Of a stretch of DNA of 64,000 nucleotides, positions 19,901-29,166 are shown piece after piece (positions within the stretch are counted from its first letter, which is position 1; each line of letters opens with the position of its first letter). A model generated the notes under the pieces. The model was not told the origin of the DNA, made no database searches, and saw nothing but the letters and a program-made list of their open reading frames with translations. The DNA is from an uncultured Thermoplasmatales archaeon. GTDB lineage: Archaea; Thermoplasmatota; E2; UBA202; DSCA01. The position numbers and the translations under genes are program-made. The stretch is from positions 46,459-110,458 of the forward strand of contig CAZESS010000004.1 of assembly GCA_964514975.1 (NCBI GenBank), written 5' to 3'.

Positions 19901-22539
19901 AGATAGTTCGTTCGGCTTTCCTCTGTTATCTCGTCCGCGTTGAGGTCGAAGCCCAGGATGATGCTCCGGTTTTGGTCACGGGTTGCATCGATGGCGAAGT
20001 TGCCGGTGATGCTGCTGGCGGTGGTGCCGACGACCTCTATATCGTCAATATAGTACCCGTAGTCACGGCCTGAACTGCTTGTGTCGAGCGTCCAACGTAA
20101 CTGTATGTTTCCTCCCGTATAGCTTGAGAGATCATATGTCTGGGTGGTCCATGTACCGGGTTCGTTTGCCCGATCGAATGTATCGAGTTCATGCCAGCTT
20201 CCATCATATACCTCTAACGTGACTTGGTCATATGAGTCAGCAAATCTGTACCGGTGCTTGAATTCGAGTGTTGCACCATAATATGTGGAGAGGTCTATTC
20301 CGGGGGATTTCAGCCAGCAGTCTGCATCATTGTTATAATAATGCGAATAACCTGACACGTCAGTTCCGTACACATAGCTACTCCTGTACGGGAAATAAGG
20401 CGACCCATACCCTTGTCCCCCCCAACCGCTCTCCCATTCATCCTCATCCCCTCCATGGTCCCATCCGTTGAGGTTATCACAATCATAATATTCAATACGG
20501 CTTTCTTCACTGGGGCCATAGAGGCTGTTCGCTTGTATAGAATAGTTGAACAGCGGGTCTGACTGCTTGTTGAGGCCGTAGAGCTCGATGGGGGAAGAGA
20601 AGTTGAGGTAGGCTCCATTGGATGACGTTCCGGGCATGCCGACCAGCGAGCCGGATGCAGTGTAGGGCTTTCCCCGGAAATAGTCATCCGATATACGGTC
20701 GGAATAGGATACCCAGTCTGAATCATATACGATGCCGCCCTGGTCATTACCGTCGTAGTACAGGCCGAGCGTGGTGCCCAGGTCCACCTCGCTCTGGGTG
20801 ACACCGTTGCCGGGATAGTTGACGAGGTCGCGGACCGCGTAGCTCCCGGACATCATGAACACGCCGGCTGTATGGTTGCCCTCCATGTGCTGCTCTATTT
20901 CACGCATGTGGTCGGAGACGTCGTCGCCGCCCTCCGTCATGGGGGTGCTCCAGTAATTTGGGTAGGTGGTATAGGGATAGTTGTTGGCTCCGCCGCCGTC
21001 GCCGGGGAAGTTGCCGGTGCTCCAGATGACGATGTCGAACTGGTTGAGCACCGTCCCTGAAATATTTGCCCCGCGGAGGTCCGGAGAGGTATCCGCATCG
21101 TCGGTAAACACCCACTGGTCGAGCGCCTTTCCGTATGAGTAGTCGGAGTCGGGCATGATGTTCTGGCAGGCGGCCTTGAGATTGTCAATGCCGCTCTCCC
21201 ATCCCGTGGGGGTGTTATCAACGAACAGGAACCGGGGTGAGGATGCGGTCGCTGGCGAGCTCACCGTGATGTTTTTCTGTTCGACGGCCCAGCCCCCACT
21301 GTCGTCCGTGACGTTGAGCGTCACCGTGTAGTTGCCCGGCGTGTTATACTGGTGGCTGACGGTCGAGCCGTAGGCAGTGTCGCCGTCACCGAAATCCCAT
21401 GACCAGTTGACGATGTTGCCGTCCTTGTCGTAGCTATACGGGGAGCCGCCGTCGAAGGTCACGCTTGAAGCGGTGGTGATGTTCGCCGAGCTCGTCGAAA
21501 ACCCTGCCTGGGGACTGATGTTCGGCACGTCCACGTTTATCTCCTTGGTGCTGGTATCGCCGTTGTCATCGGTGACAATCAGTGTCACCGTATAGGTGCC
21601 GCTCTGGTCATAGGTATGGCTGGGGTTTTGGCTGGTCGAGCTGGTGCCGTCGCCGAAGTTCCATTCATATGAAACGATTTCGCCGTCGGGATCGCTCACG
21701 TTTGAGGTGAAATCGATGGTGCCGTTGACATTCGGGTTGACGCTCCAGGAGAAATTGCTGTCTGGCGGTACGTTGCCGGACACCGGTATCGGCGGTGGCA
21801 CGTGGACGCCGTGGGAATGAGCGGTGCTCGTCGTGTTTGTCTCACCTTCGTCGTCGACGACAGTCAGCGTGACATTATAGGTGCCTTCGGATGCATAGGT
21901 GTGCACGGGTGTCGGCCCGTAGGCATCTATGACCCCATCGCTCGTCCAGTCCCATCGGTATTCCTGGATGCTGCCGCCGTCGGGGTCATAGCTCTCCGTT
22001 GCATTGAAATATAGCGTTTCCTCTGTCTTTGGGTCATATGGGGTGTAGGTGAACTGGGCGACCGGCGGCATGGTGTGCAGGATGCCCTGCTGAAGGACGC
22101 CGCTCATGATGATGGAGTTGCTCGGTTTGTCGATGATGGCGACCGATATCTGCCAGCGGGCGACCTCGCCGAACATGCTCGTGCAGTCAAGCTCGATGTA
22201 ATCGCCGACGTCCCAGCGGCCATTGTCATTTGAGTCATGAAAGACGGCTGAGAGAGCGCTCCCTTCCAGCGTGTGTGACTGGTTGTCTCCTTTTTTGATC
22301 ACGACCCTGAGTTCCTCTAGTGGTATGGAGTCTCCTCCACGGTTTTCGACGGTGGCCATCGTGTTATCGTCCATCGATCCGACCATGTGGACGCTCGGTG
22401 CGGACGGCGAGCTGTCCATTGAGAGCACGTAGACGATCAGCGATGAAAATATGATGACGGCGATGGCGAGCAGGAGCACAGTGCCGATGATTTCTGAGAC
22501 ACCTTCTCTTCCTTTTATTCTTCCAATTTTTTCCATCAT
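16954..22539 (-). CDS. Giant type IV pilin-like adhesin: pilin N-terminus, 3x PKD, jelly-roll-like insert, long right-handed beta-helix
   Basis: KGREG|VSEIIGTVLLLAIAVIIFSSLIVYV class III signal; NRGGDSI...WDVGD pilin-associated domain; PKD motifs; WLKSPGIDLS...GYYIDDIEV jelly roll; dozens of NNxIxxNxIxxNxxGIYL coils; GNYW terminus. Confidence 0.85.
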   Translation of the reverse strand: MMEKIGRIKGREGVSEIIGTVLLLAIAVIIFSSLIVYVLSMDSSPSAPSVHMVGSMDDNTMATVENRGGDSIPLEELRVVIKKGDNQSHTLEGSALSAVFHDSNDNGRWDVGDYIELDCTSMFGEVARWQISVAIIDKPSNSIIMSGVLQQGILHTMPPVAQFTYTPYDPKTEETLYFNATESYDPDGGSIQEYRWDWTSDGVIDAYGPTPVHTYASEGTYNVTLTVVDDEGETNTTSTAHSHGVHVPPPIPVSGNVPPDSNFSWSVNPNVNGTIDFTSNVSDPDGEIVSYEWNFGDGTSSTSQNPSHTYDQSGTYTVTLIVTDDNGDTSTKEINVDVPNISPQAGFSTSSANITTASSVTFDGGSPYSYDKDGNIVNWSWDFGDGDTAYGSTVSHQYNTPGNYTVTLNVTDDSGGWAVEQKNITVSSPATASSPRFLFVDNTPTGWESGIDNLKAACQNIMPDSDYSYGKALDQWVFTDDADTSPDLRGANISGTVLNQFDIVIWSTGNFPGDGGGANNYPYTTYPNYWSTPMTEGGDDVSDHMREIEQHMEGNHTAGVFMMSGSYAVRDLVNYPGNGVTQSEVDLGTTLGLYYDGNDQGGIVYDSDWVSYSDRISDDYFRGKPYTASGSLVGMPGTSSNGAYLNFSSPIELYGLNKQSDPLFNYSIQANSLYGPSEESRIEYYDCDNLNGWDHGGDEDEWESGWGGQGYGSPYFPYRSSYVYGTDVSGYSHYYNNDADCWLKSPGIDLSTYYGATLEFKHRYRFADSYDQVTLEVYDGSWHELDTFDRANEPGTWTTQTYDLSSYTGGNIQLRWTLDTSSSGRDYGYYIDDIEVVGTTASSITGNFAIDATRDQNRSIILGFDLNADEITEESRTNYLRNVLAWMAEGAGYNTEVWVNNDPPAGWLDDETHLETIQAGIAAVPPGGTVNVIGSSGQIYDEQLSVDKSVNIIGIDTPTIRASGGNILTLRADWTTVKDVIIKGNSAQNGILLDGAARCSIINCTLATNIADKCISLDNAHNNTIRGCTLKNASYGIHGRYSLGTKIRENSIQSTGQMGISLYRSSLASITNNTIRLTDNAVYLENLESCTVSYNTIKDNTGTAIELVSATDLNTLRYNTIQNNTRGIYLNISNSNIVTDNVITDHSGSAFLISDYSHSNTIEDNTLQSNLNGLELQDSSNNDIVHNQIESNQYGILGSSSSNNVIQANQIMNHTETGISLSSSSNFNTIYNNTVHNNSRGIYIYDSKNNTIEHCTISNSTGDGIHFNRALYNLPGGNVVIYNVITGNGRHGIYMQSSNENEITQNDIYGNGQSGIRLYSFSNTNAIYNNTLWENVYGIYVEGSSYNNVTGNAINNSSISGIYLNNYAQENTIVDNLVEYTGNGMKVQSSSTNNITGNVIRWNQGFGILSTSSSNNRIAGNYLHNNTQTGLLLTSGNNNDVLSNTVEHNDIGIHLSSSGGNGNIIVDNVVHSSTSHGIYLENSKPATAGNNEIRNNTVHDNGGNGIILATSKGNSIEDNTVYGNQRGVYLSSSNGNSIFDNTVYGNTDGIYLSASNSNSVGNNAEGGNRVYGHAGSGIYLASSSDNNVVNNNTLWQNAPGIVINNSDTADVKNNHLYWHNTSAAVKVLSSTLGSSRPIQSNTICNNSIGIEIRSSNGTHVENGNTISYNERGIYIVNSGSCTISGNTMSSNTNESIYVQSSTYCTITGNTISGSTQGIYMEAATDGTIQDNILEYNGRGIYLTSSTSNNVLKENTFTIDLSASYGVYILGNNSKNNKIYSNNFENTSFRSSSLCYDEGGGNSWYNPDSEEKEGNYWKNYEQRYPNATQQPESGTAWYWSVYYDIAGPSSEEDIRPLISRVE

Positions 22540-22679
22540 TGTTATTCATTCCTCCCCAGCTTATATATTTTCTTATATATTTCTTTCCTATATCGCTAAC
22601 TTTTTGCTATCATTATCGTGCTACACTATTACAACGTGTTCCTGGTATATAAAGATTATCGTACGATTCGCAAAATATG

Positions 22680-23195
22680 CTAGCCCTGCATCCGCTGCCG
22701 GAGCTGCTCCCGAATTTTGTCTCTGTCCGTGGTTTCCAGCCCAAAATATTCATAAAAATATTCGGTTGCCTCCAGCATCTTCGTCCGGCCATGCGGCCGC
22801 GTCCGGACAAACCCGAGCTCCTCGAGCTCCGGCACATGGTCGTAGACCTTGCTTCCGACCATGTCCCTGACATCCGACTGCTTTACCGGCTGGTAATAGG
22901 CGATGAGCGACACCGTCTTCAGCAGCTTCTGCGGCACCTCACGGGGCGACAATTGCTGCCCATATGAGGCGTATTTCGAGCGGAGCTGCATCACGTACTT
23001 GTCGCCGGCACGAACCACCTCCAGCGCCGTCGCATCCTTTTCCGCAGCAGCCATATACTCCTGCTGCAAATGCTCGATGGCCTGCACAACCGTCCGCTCG
23101 CCCAGGTCGAGCGCCTCACACAGATTCTCCACTGACAGTGGGCGGCCCGCAGAAAAAAGCGCTGCCTCAACCTGTCGAACGCTACGTTTGTTCAT
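22680..23195 (-). CDS. scpB: SMC-Scp complex subunit ScpB (kite)
   Basis: VEAALFSAGRPLS, LKTVSLIAYYQPVKQSD, T..FYEYFGL; overlaps scpA. Confidence 0.92.
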   Translation of the reverse strand: MNKRSVRQVEAALFSAGRPLSVENLCEALDLGERTVVQAIEHLQQEYMAAAEKDATALEVVRAGDKYVMQLRSKYASYGQQLSPREVPQKLLKTVSLIAYYQPVKQSDVRDMVGSKVYDHVPELEELGFVRTRPHGRTKMLEATEYFYEYFGLETTDRDKIREQLRQRMQG

Positions 23196-24021
23196 AATGA
23201 GTGTTTTTTATGTAAATCGTGCCGTATGGAAAATCTTCCTGCCAGAGCTGTACCCGGTTCTCCCGGGCCAGGAACAGCAGCGATGACATCGTCATGACCA
23301 GGTCCTGCCTGTCGTTCGTGTCGCAGAGCTCGCCGATGGCGATGGCCCGGCCGTTCAGCTGGCTGAGCCGGCTGAGCACGATGCTTATCTCCTGCTCGAT
23401 GTCCTCCTGATGCGCGTTGTCTCCCACATCATGTTCGTCCTGCTCGGCCTGCCGCTGCCGCTGCTCCGCCCGCTTTTCCTGGCGCTGCTGTCGCTCCACG
23501 ACCTCGTCGCGGGCTTCCTCGAACGCGTTGATGAGCTCGACCAGGGTGACCTTGCGCTTGCCGTCCCGGCGGACTTTTTCCTCGATGGGTGCCTCGTTTT
23601 CGATGACCGCCCGGGTGTAGGTGTAGCCGTCGTCCTCCATGTACCAGTCGGGGATGTCATCCCATTCCTCGGGCTCCTCCTCCTGCTCGGTTTCCTCCAG
23701 GCGCTGGACCATGTAGTCGGACTGGAGCTTCAACACCTTCCAGGCCATCAGGATGATGCGTCCGGCTGTCATCAGGTCGATGCTCTGGGCCTCCCTGACC
23801 TTTCTGAGGTAGAGCCGTGAAAACGAGACGAGGTCGATCTCCCAGGGGTCGAACTGCTCGTCGATGACCAGCTCGAACGTGGCGGCGATGGCCTTGTCGA
23901 AAGGATTGTCGACATACATCGTCGCTCTGCCGTCGGCCATCTCTATATATTTTTGCAGGCTCTCCTTTTTGGCGACGTCCTCCCGCTGCAGCAGCAGATG
24001 GTCGACCACGTCGTCCTTCAT
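23182..24021 (-). CDS. scpA: Kleisin ScpA
   Basis: DPWEIDLV, AGRIILMAWKVLKLQS, RKVTLVELINAF, LLFLARENRVQLWQEDFPYGTIYI; overlaps smc stop. Confidence 0.9.
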   Translation of the reverse strand: MKDDVVDHLLLQREDVAKKESLQKYIEMADGRATMYVDNPFDKAIAATFELVIDEQFDPWEIDLVSFSRLYLRKVREAQSIDLMTAGRIILMAWKVLKLQSDYMVQRLEETEQEEEPEEWDDIPDWYMEDDGYTYTRAVIENEAPIEEKVRRDGKRKVTLVELINAFEEARDEVVERQQRQEKRAEQRQRQAEQDEHDVGDNAHQEDIEQEISIVLSRLSQLNGRAIAIGELCDTNDRQDLVMTMSSLLFLARENRVQLWQEDFPYGTIYIKNTHYEQT

Positions 24022-27000
24022 TTTACCTCCACGAGCTGCTCGACCTCTTCCATGTCGACGTTGCCGATGAGCGTCGACACGCCGTTGTCGTGCATCGTCA
24101 CACCGTAGATGTGGTTGGCCTTGTTGAGCGTGATGCGCCGCAAAGATATCGCGATGAACTGGGTGCTCCGCGCCCGCTGCTGGATCATGGTGGCGACACG
24201 CTCCGCGTTTTTGCCGTCCAGGAACATGTCGACCTCGTCCAGGATGTAGAACGGCGACGGGTCATAGGCCTGCAACGCAAAAATGAACGCCAGCGAGGCC
24301 ATGCTTTTCTCGCCGCCGGACAGCGCGTTGAGGCGAAGCGACCGCTTTCCCTTGGGACGCGCCCGGATGATGAGGCCGCCGTCGAAGGGCTGCTCCGAGT
24401 TTTCCAGCTCCAGCTTCGCATCCCCCGACGTCAGCTCGGCGTAGATCTCGGCAAAGTGCTCCTTCACCGCGTCGTACACCTCGAAAAAGGCATCCTTCTT
24501 TTTCTTTTTGATCTCCTCGACCAGGTTTACAAGGTTTTTCCGCTGCTCCCGGAGCCGGTCGATGTCCTGCTCAAACGACTGCCGGCGTTCCTCCTGCCGC
24601 TCGTATTCCTCGAGCGCGCGCATGTTCACCGGCTGGAGCTGCTCCATCTTGCGCTCCAGCTCCTTTATCCGGCTTTTGAGCTCGTCGAGCCCCGACAGCT
24701 CGTCCTCGCTGAACTCGTAGTCCTGCGTCTCCATGAGCAGCTCGCCGAGGGTTTCCTCCAGCGTCGGCAGCCGGGCCTTGGCCCTGGAAATCAGGTCGAG
24801 ATTTGTTTCCATCTTGGTGGAGATGCTGTCTATCTTGTTTTCGATGTCCACGGTTTCCCGGTACAGCGCATCCCTGCCCTCCGTCAATCCCTTGCGCTTC
24901 CCGAGCATCTTGTCCTCCACCTCCATCAGCGCCTCCATGTTGTCCTGGTTTTCCTGATGTATCTTTTTGAGCTGTGCTATCTCCGCCTGGTATTCCTCGC
25001 GCTGGCTGTCGATGGCCTGGAGCCGGTCGTCGAGCTCCTGCCGTCGTTCCTCCATGACCTCGAGCTCCTTGGAACGGGTGCGGATGTCGGAGGTCAGCGA
25101 GCGCTGTCGGTCGCGCTGCTCCTCGAGCGTTTCCTTCAACGCATCGATTTTTTTGGTGGTTTCCTTGGTGCTGATGTGCTTGAGCTCCTGCTCGGTCTGC
25201 TCGCGCTGTTGCTCGAGCTCCTCGATGTGCGTTTCTTTTTCCGTGATGTTATCCTGCACCTCGTCGATTTTGCGCTGGAGCTCGTCATGTTCCTGCTGCC
25301 GGGATTCCAGCCGCTCGGTGATAACCTTGAGCTTGCCGTCGAACTCTTTTTTGCGGGCGTCCAGCCGCTCGAGCTGGTCCTCCTCTTCGATGGTGCAGTC
25401 GCGGAGCTGCTGCTGCACCGTGGATATCTCCTCGCGGACCTCCATCAGCCGCTCCGACATCGCCTCCTGTTGATGGGTGACCTCCCGGAGTTTTTTGCTG
25501 ATGTCGCCGACCTTGCGCTGGTCTCCCTTGCCAAATGATGCCTTGCGAGGGGTGCTGCCCCCGATCATGGCCCCGCTCGACCCGACGATTTCGCCGTCGA
25601 GCGTCACCAATCGTACGCCACCCATGACCTTGCGCGCCGATGTGAGGTCTTCCATGACGATGGTGTCCCGGAAGACGTACCAGAACGCGGCCTTGTACTC
25701 GAGGTCGAAGCTCACCAGGTCGATGGCGAAACCATGCGACCCGTCCTCCTTGACGGTCATCAGCGCTTTGCCGCGCGGCTTCCCCGCAGACATCTTGCTC
25801 AGGGGCAAAAACGTGGTGCGTCCATAGTCATGTTTTTTGAGATAGTTGATACATTTCGAGGCGACCTCGTCGTCGTCGACCACGATCGCCTCTGCACGGC
25901 GACCCGCGGCGACACCGAGCGCCCGCTGGTATTCGTCGTCGACGTTGCCGAGCTCGGATATGCTGCCGTGGATGCCCCGGATGGCGCCCTCGTTGCGGGC
26001 CTTGAGGATTTCCCGTGCAGCGCGGGTGTAGCTGCTGGCCTCCTGCCGCGCCTTGAGCTTGGCGAGCTCCCGCTGGTAGCGCATGACCTGCTGGTCGAGC
26101 TCCTGCAATGTTTCCGATATCTCTGATTCCTCCTTTTTCCGGTCGAAGAGCTCCTGTTCAAGGCGCTCTTTTTCCTTGAGCTGTTCCTTCTGGCTTTTCT
26201 TGATTTCTTTTATCTGCCAGTTGACGTCCTTGAGCTCGAACTCGTAGGTCTGCCGGTTTTCCTCGAGCTCCGAGATGGAGACGTCGAGGCTTTCCATCTG
26301 CTGCTCCAGCCGGTCTTTTTCGAGCTCGAGCTCGTGCAATGCCTGCCGCTCCTGCTCATATTGTTTTTTTATCTTCGCCAGGCTGCGGGTGATATCCATC
26401 GCTCGCTCGTCCGAATTGCTCATCCGCTGCTTGATGGTCTCGAGCTCGTCGCCGGTGTTCTCGATGGCCCGGGTAACCTGCTCGTGCTCCTTTTCCAGCT
26501 TTTCGACGGTTTTCTGGTAGGAACGGATTTCTTTCTGCAGCTTTTCATGCGTGGCCTCGAGCTCCTTGCGCTCCTGCTTGCCCTCCGAGATTTCCTTGGT
26601 GTAGTAGTTGATTTTTTCCTTGGCCTTGATGGCTTCCTCGCGCGCCTCGTTTATCTGCTCCTTGAGCTCCTCGATTTCCTCGCCGCCGAGCTCCGCGATC
26701 CGGTCCTCGACTTCCTGCAGCTCGAGCTGCTTGTCGCGGTAGCGCTCCTGGAGCTCCTTCCGCTGCTCCTTGAGGCGCTCGCGCTCGTCCTTGTATGACT
26801 GTATCTGTTTTTCGATTTCCTGGATGTCCTTTTCGACCTCGAGGCGTTTTTTATAGGAGCGCATCGCCTTCGTCCGGCTGAGCGCCTCCTGCATCTCCTT
26901 GTATTGCACGGCGTCGTCGCGCTCCCGCTTGAGCTTGCGGAGCTGGCTTTTTATCTCCTTGAGGATGATGCCCAGGTGCTCGAGGTTTTGCTCGACCTCC

Positions 27001-27533
27001 TGCTTCTCTTTCTCAGATTTTTCGATGTCCCGGTCGAACTCGGAAACGCCGGCGATGTCGTCGATGACCCGTCGGCGGGGGACGTCGCCCATCTCGACGA
27101 TGGCGGTCACGTCGCCCTGCTGCACGATGCAGTTGTCGGAAATGTTCGCCGACGACAGCAGCTGCACGAACTCTGTCAGCGAGGACGAGTTGCCGTTGAT
27201 GTAAAAATAGCTGTAGTAGTTGTCGGGGTCGTCGGGCAGCGGCGAGCGCTTTACCTTCCGGGTCAGCCGGATGGTCTCGTCGCCGTCCTCCAGCACCAGC
27301 GACACCGTACAGTGTTTGACGTTTTTTTTGCCGTTGTAGATGAGGTCGGTGAGCCGGCCGGCGCGGATGGTCTTCGGGCTGCGCGGCCCCAGGATAAACA
27401 GGATCGCATCGGAAATGTTTGACTTGCCCGACCCGTTGGGGCCGGTGATGGCGGTGAAGCCGGGGAGAAACGGGACCGTAATCTTTTTCCCAAAGGATTT
27501 AAAATTTTCCAACTGTACTTCTTTGAGGCGCAT
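24018..27533 (-). CDS. smc: Chromosome segregation protein SMC
   Basis: Start MRLKEVQLENFKSF at 27533; Walker A GPNGSGKS, hinge GRTTFLPL, long coiled coils, LSGGEKS signature, LDEVD. Confidence 0.96.
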   Translation of the reverse strand: MRLKEVQLENFKSFGKKITVPFLPGFTAITGPNGSGKSNISDAILFILGPRSPKTIRAGRLTDLIYNGKKNVKHCTVSLVLEDGDETIRLTRKVKRSPLPDDPDNYYSYFYINGNSSSLTEFVQLLSSANISDNCIVQQGDVTAIVEMGDVPRRRVIDDIAGVSEFDRDIEKSEKEKQEVEQNLEHLGIILKEIKSQLRKLKRERDDAVQYKEMQEALSRTKAMRSYKKRLEVEKDIQEIEKQIQSYKDERERLKEQRKELQERYRDKQLELQEVEDRIAELGGEEIEELKEQINEAREEAIKAKEKINYYTKEISEGKQERKELEATHEKLQKEIRSYQKTVEKLEKEHEQVTRAIENTGDELETIKQRMSNSDERAMDITRSLAKIKKQYEQERQALHELELEKDRLEQQMESLDVSISELEENRQTYEFELKDVNWQIKEIKKSQKEQLKEKERLEQELFDRKKEESEISETLQELDQQVMRYQRELAKLKARQEASSYTRAAREILKARNEGAIRGIHGSISELGNVDDEYQRALGVAAGRRAEAIVVDDDEVASKCINYLKKHDYGRTTFLPLSKMSAGKPRGKALMTVKEDGSHGFAIDLVSFDLEYKAAFWYVFRDTIVMEDLTSARKVMGGVRLVTLDGEIVGSSGAMIGGSTPRKASFGKGDQRKVGDISKKLREVTHQQEAMSERLMEVREEISTVQQQLRDCTIEEEDQLERLDARKKEFDGKLKVITERLESRQQEHDELQRKIDEVQDNITEKETHIEELEQQREQTEQELKHISTKETTKKIDALKETLEEQRDRQRSLTSDIRTRSKELEVMEERRQELDDRLQAIDSQREEYQAEIAQLKKIHQENQDNMEALMEVEDKMLGKRKGLTEGRDALYRETVDIENKIDSISTKMETNLDLISRAKARLPTLEETLGELLMETQDYEFSEDELSGLDELKSRIKELERKMEQLQPVNMRALEEYERQEERRQSFEQDIDRLREQRKNLVNLVEEIKKKKKDAFFEVYDAVKEHFAEIYAELTSGDAKLELENSEQPFDGGLIIRARPKGKRSLRLNALSGGEKSMASLAFIFALQAYDPSPFYILDEVDMFLDGKNAERVATMIQQRARSTQFIAISLRRITLNKANHIYGVTMHDNGVSTLIGNVDMEEVEQLVEVK

Positions 27534-27606
27534 GCTTCCCATCCCGACACACAAAGAATATATACGTTATATATAAACGTGTTGCTTTCGCCTTCCTGAA
27601 GCGGTG

Positions 27607-28356
27607 TCATTGGCTGCCAGACATTTGCGTCAGCATCTTGTGGGCGAACACGCCGGCGCCGTAGCCGTTGTCGATGTTCACCACCGCGATGCCCGGCGAG
27701 CAACTGTTCAGCATGGTGAGCAATGCCGCATATCCATCCATGCCGGTGCCATAGCCAACGCTCGTCGGGAGCGCCACGACCGGTGCCGTGAACAGGCTCG
27801 CGACGACCGCGGGCAGCACGCCGTCCATGCCGGCCGCGACGATGATAACCTGCGCTCCGGCCAGCGTGTAGCGGGAGGCAAGCAGCCGGTGGAGGCCGGC
27901 CACACCGACGTCATGCACCCGCTCGACGGGATGGCCGAGCGCGTCGACGACCACGGCCGCCTCCTCCGCCACCGGCACATCCGACGTTCCGGCGCTGACA
28001 ACCGCAACCCTGCCGCCGTCCCTGTCAGTGACGGTTCCTATCACGATGAGCCGCGCCCGCTCATGATACGCTGCATCCGCTCTTTTGCTGACCGCCTCGT
28101 AGACCTCCCGGCCTGCACGGGTGATAAACAATGGCCGCGCCCCGGCGGCCTCGACGAGCCGGATGATATCCTCGATGGTCTTGCCCGGGGCATAGATGGC
28201 CTCGGGGACGCCGGTACGCATCTCGCGGTGCACGTCGAACCTGGCCTCGCCCAGATCCAGGAAGGGTGCAAAACGGAGCTCGTGGAGTGCTTCCGCGATG
28301 TCAATGTCGCCCGCCGACAGCCGCTGCAGGATGTCGCGGACATCGTCTTCGTTCAT
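27607..28356 (-). CDS. larB: Nickel-pincer cofactor biosynthesis protein LarB (AIR carboxylase-like)
   Basis: RTGVPEAIYAPGK, SAGTSDVPVAEEA, DVGVAGLHRL, PTSVGYG, VVNIDNGYGA. Confidence 0.9.
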   Translation of the reverse strand: MNEDDVRDILQRLSAGDIDIAEALHELRFAPFLDLGEARFDVHREMRTGVPEAIYAPGKTIEDIIRLVEAAGARPLFITRAGREVYEAVSKRADAAYHERARLIVIGTVTDRDGGRVAVVSAGTSDVPVAEEAAVVVDALGHPVERVHDVGVAGLHRLLASRYTLAGAQVIIVAAGMDGVLPAVVASLFTAPVVALPTSVGYGTGMDGYAALLTMLNSCSPGIAVVNIDNGYGAGVFAHKMLTQMSGSQ

Positions 28357-28418
28357 TGGATGGCACAAACACTGAAGGGCTTAAATCATTTGTTCTCCGG
28401 CGGCCGCATCGGATGTCG

Positions 28419-28915
28419 TCACCATGCATCTTTTTTCCGCTTCACGCAGAGGCATATCAGCCCCGTGACAGCGAGAGCGATGGAGGCGAGCAGCGCGATG
28501 TTTTTGAGGGGTGTGAAGCCGTTTGCCACCCGGGCGATGCCATCAACGCGGACGGGGAACCTGTACAGTATCGTCGCCAGACAGATGTTCTCTCCGATGT
28601 CGGCGCCGCCGGCAAGCAGCGGCAGAAACAGGGGAGTGTACAGCACGCTGTCCAGCGGAAACATGCGCTGCAGCAGGTATCCGATAACGAGCACGAGCAA
28701 CGCCATATAGGCAAGCGGGTAGTAGAGACCGGCTAGACCCACATATAGGTATACATTCCTTCCCGGTTCCCCCATGCCGGAAAGCGTGTCGTATACCTCG
28801 CCCGGCGTATCGTTGCTTTTAAGGTCGATGACCTGTTCGCCGGTCGTCGTGTAGATATACAGTGTCACCGTACTCTATCGAGAAAACATCGAACACAGCC
28901 AGCGCGATATACACC
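28419..28915 (-). pseudogene. Hypothetical membrane protein, possibly frameshifted near the 5' end
   Basis: ORF 28419-28868 has TM segments and a DxxEN motif; a hydrophobic stretch VYIALAVFDVFSI lies just upstream in another frame. Confidence 0.35.
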
Positions 28916-29166
28916 TGCCTTTGGCGAATCAGACACATATCTCTCCCTGTAGACAGTAACAGGAGCACCTACTTGTGTATATCGATTTCCGCCTCCAGAA
29001 AACAGGGCATATCTCGATAGACAAAGAAAAACAGCTAAAAATACGGGACGAAGACCATGTCGTGCCGCCCGGCCGAAAAAAATAGATAATTTTTTAATTG
29101 ATGGCCGTTTTGTGCTGTGGATACGGGGACCGGCGTTTTGCCACGCCTCCCTCCCCCTCGTATCCG

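Noticed and set aside
7812-22539. A true cellulosome for cellulose degradation
   Set aside because: No glycoside hydrolase or cellulose-binding module recognised, and the beta-helices show no evident catalytic signature.
24090-25538. Long antisense ORFs (also 512-1471, 8556-9872, 13000-14211, 30945-32771, 34472-35881)
   Set aside because: Shadow frames opposite well-supported genes, expected with high-GC codon bias; no recognisable motifs.
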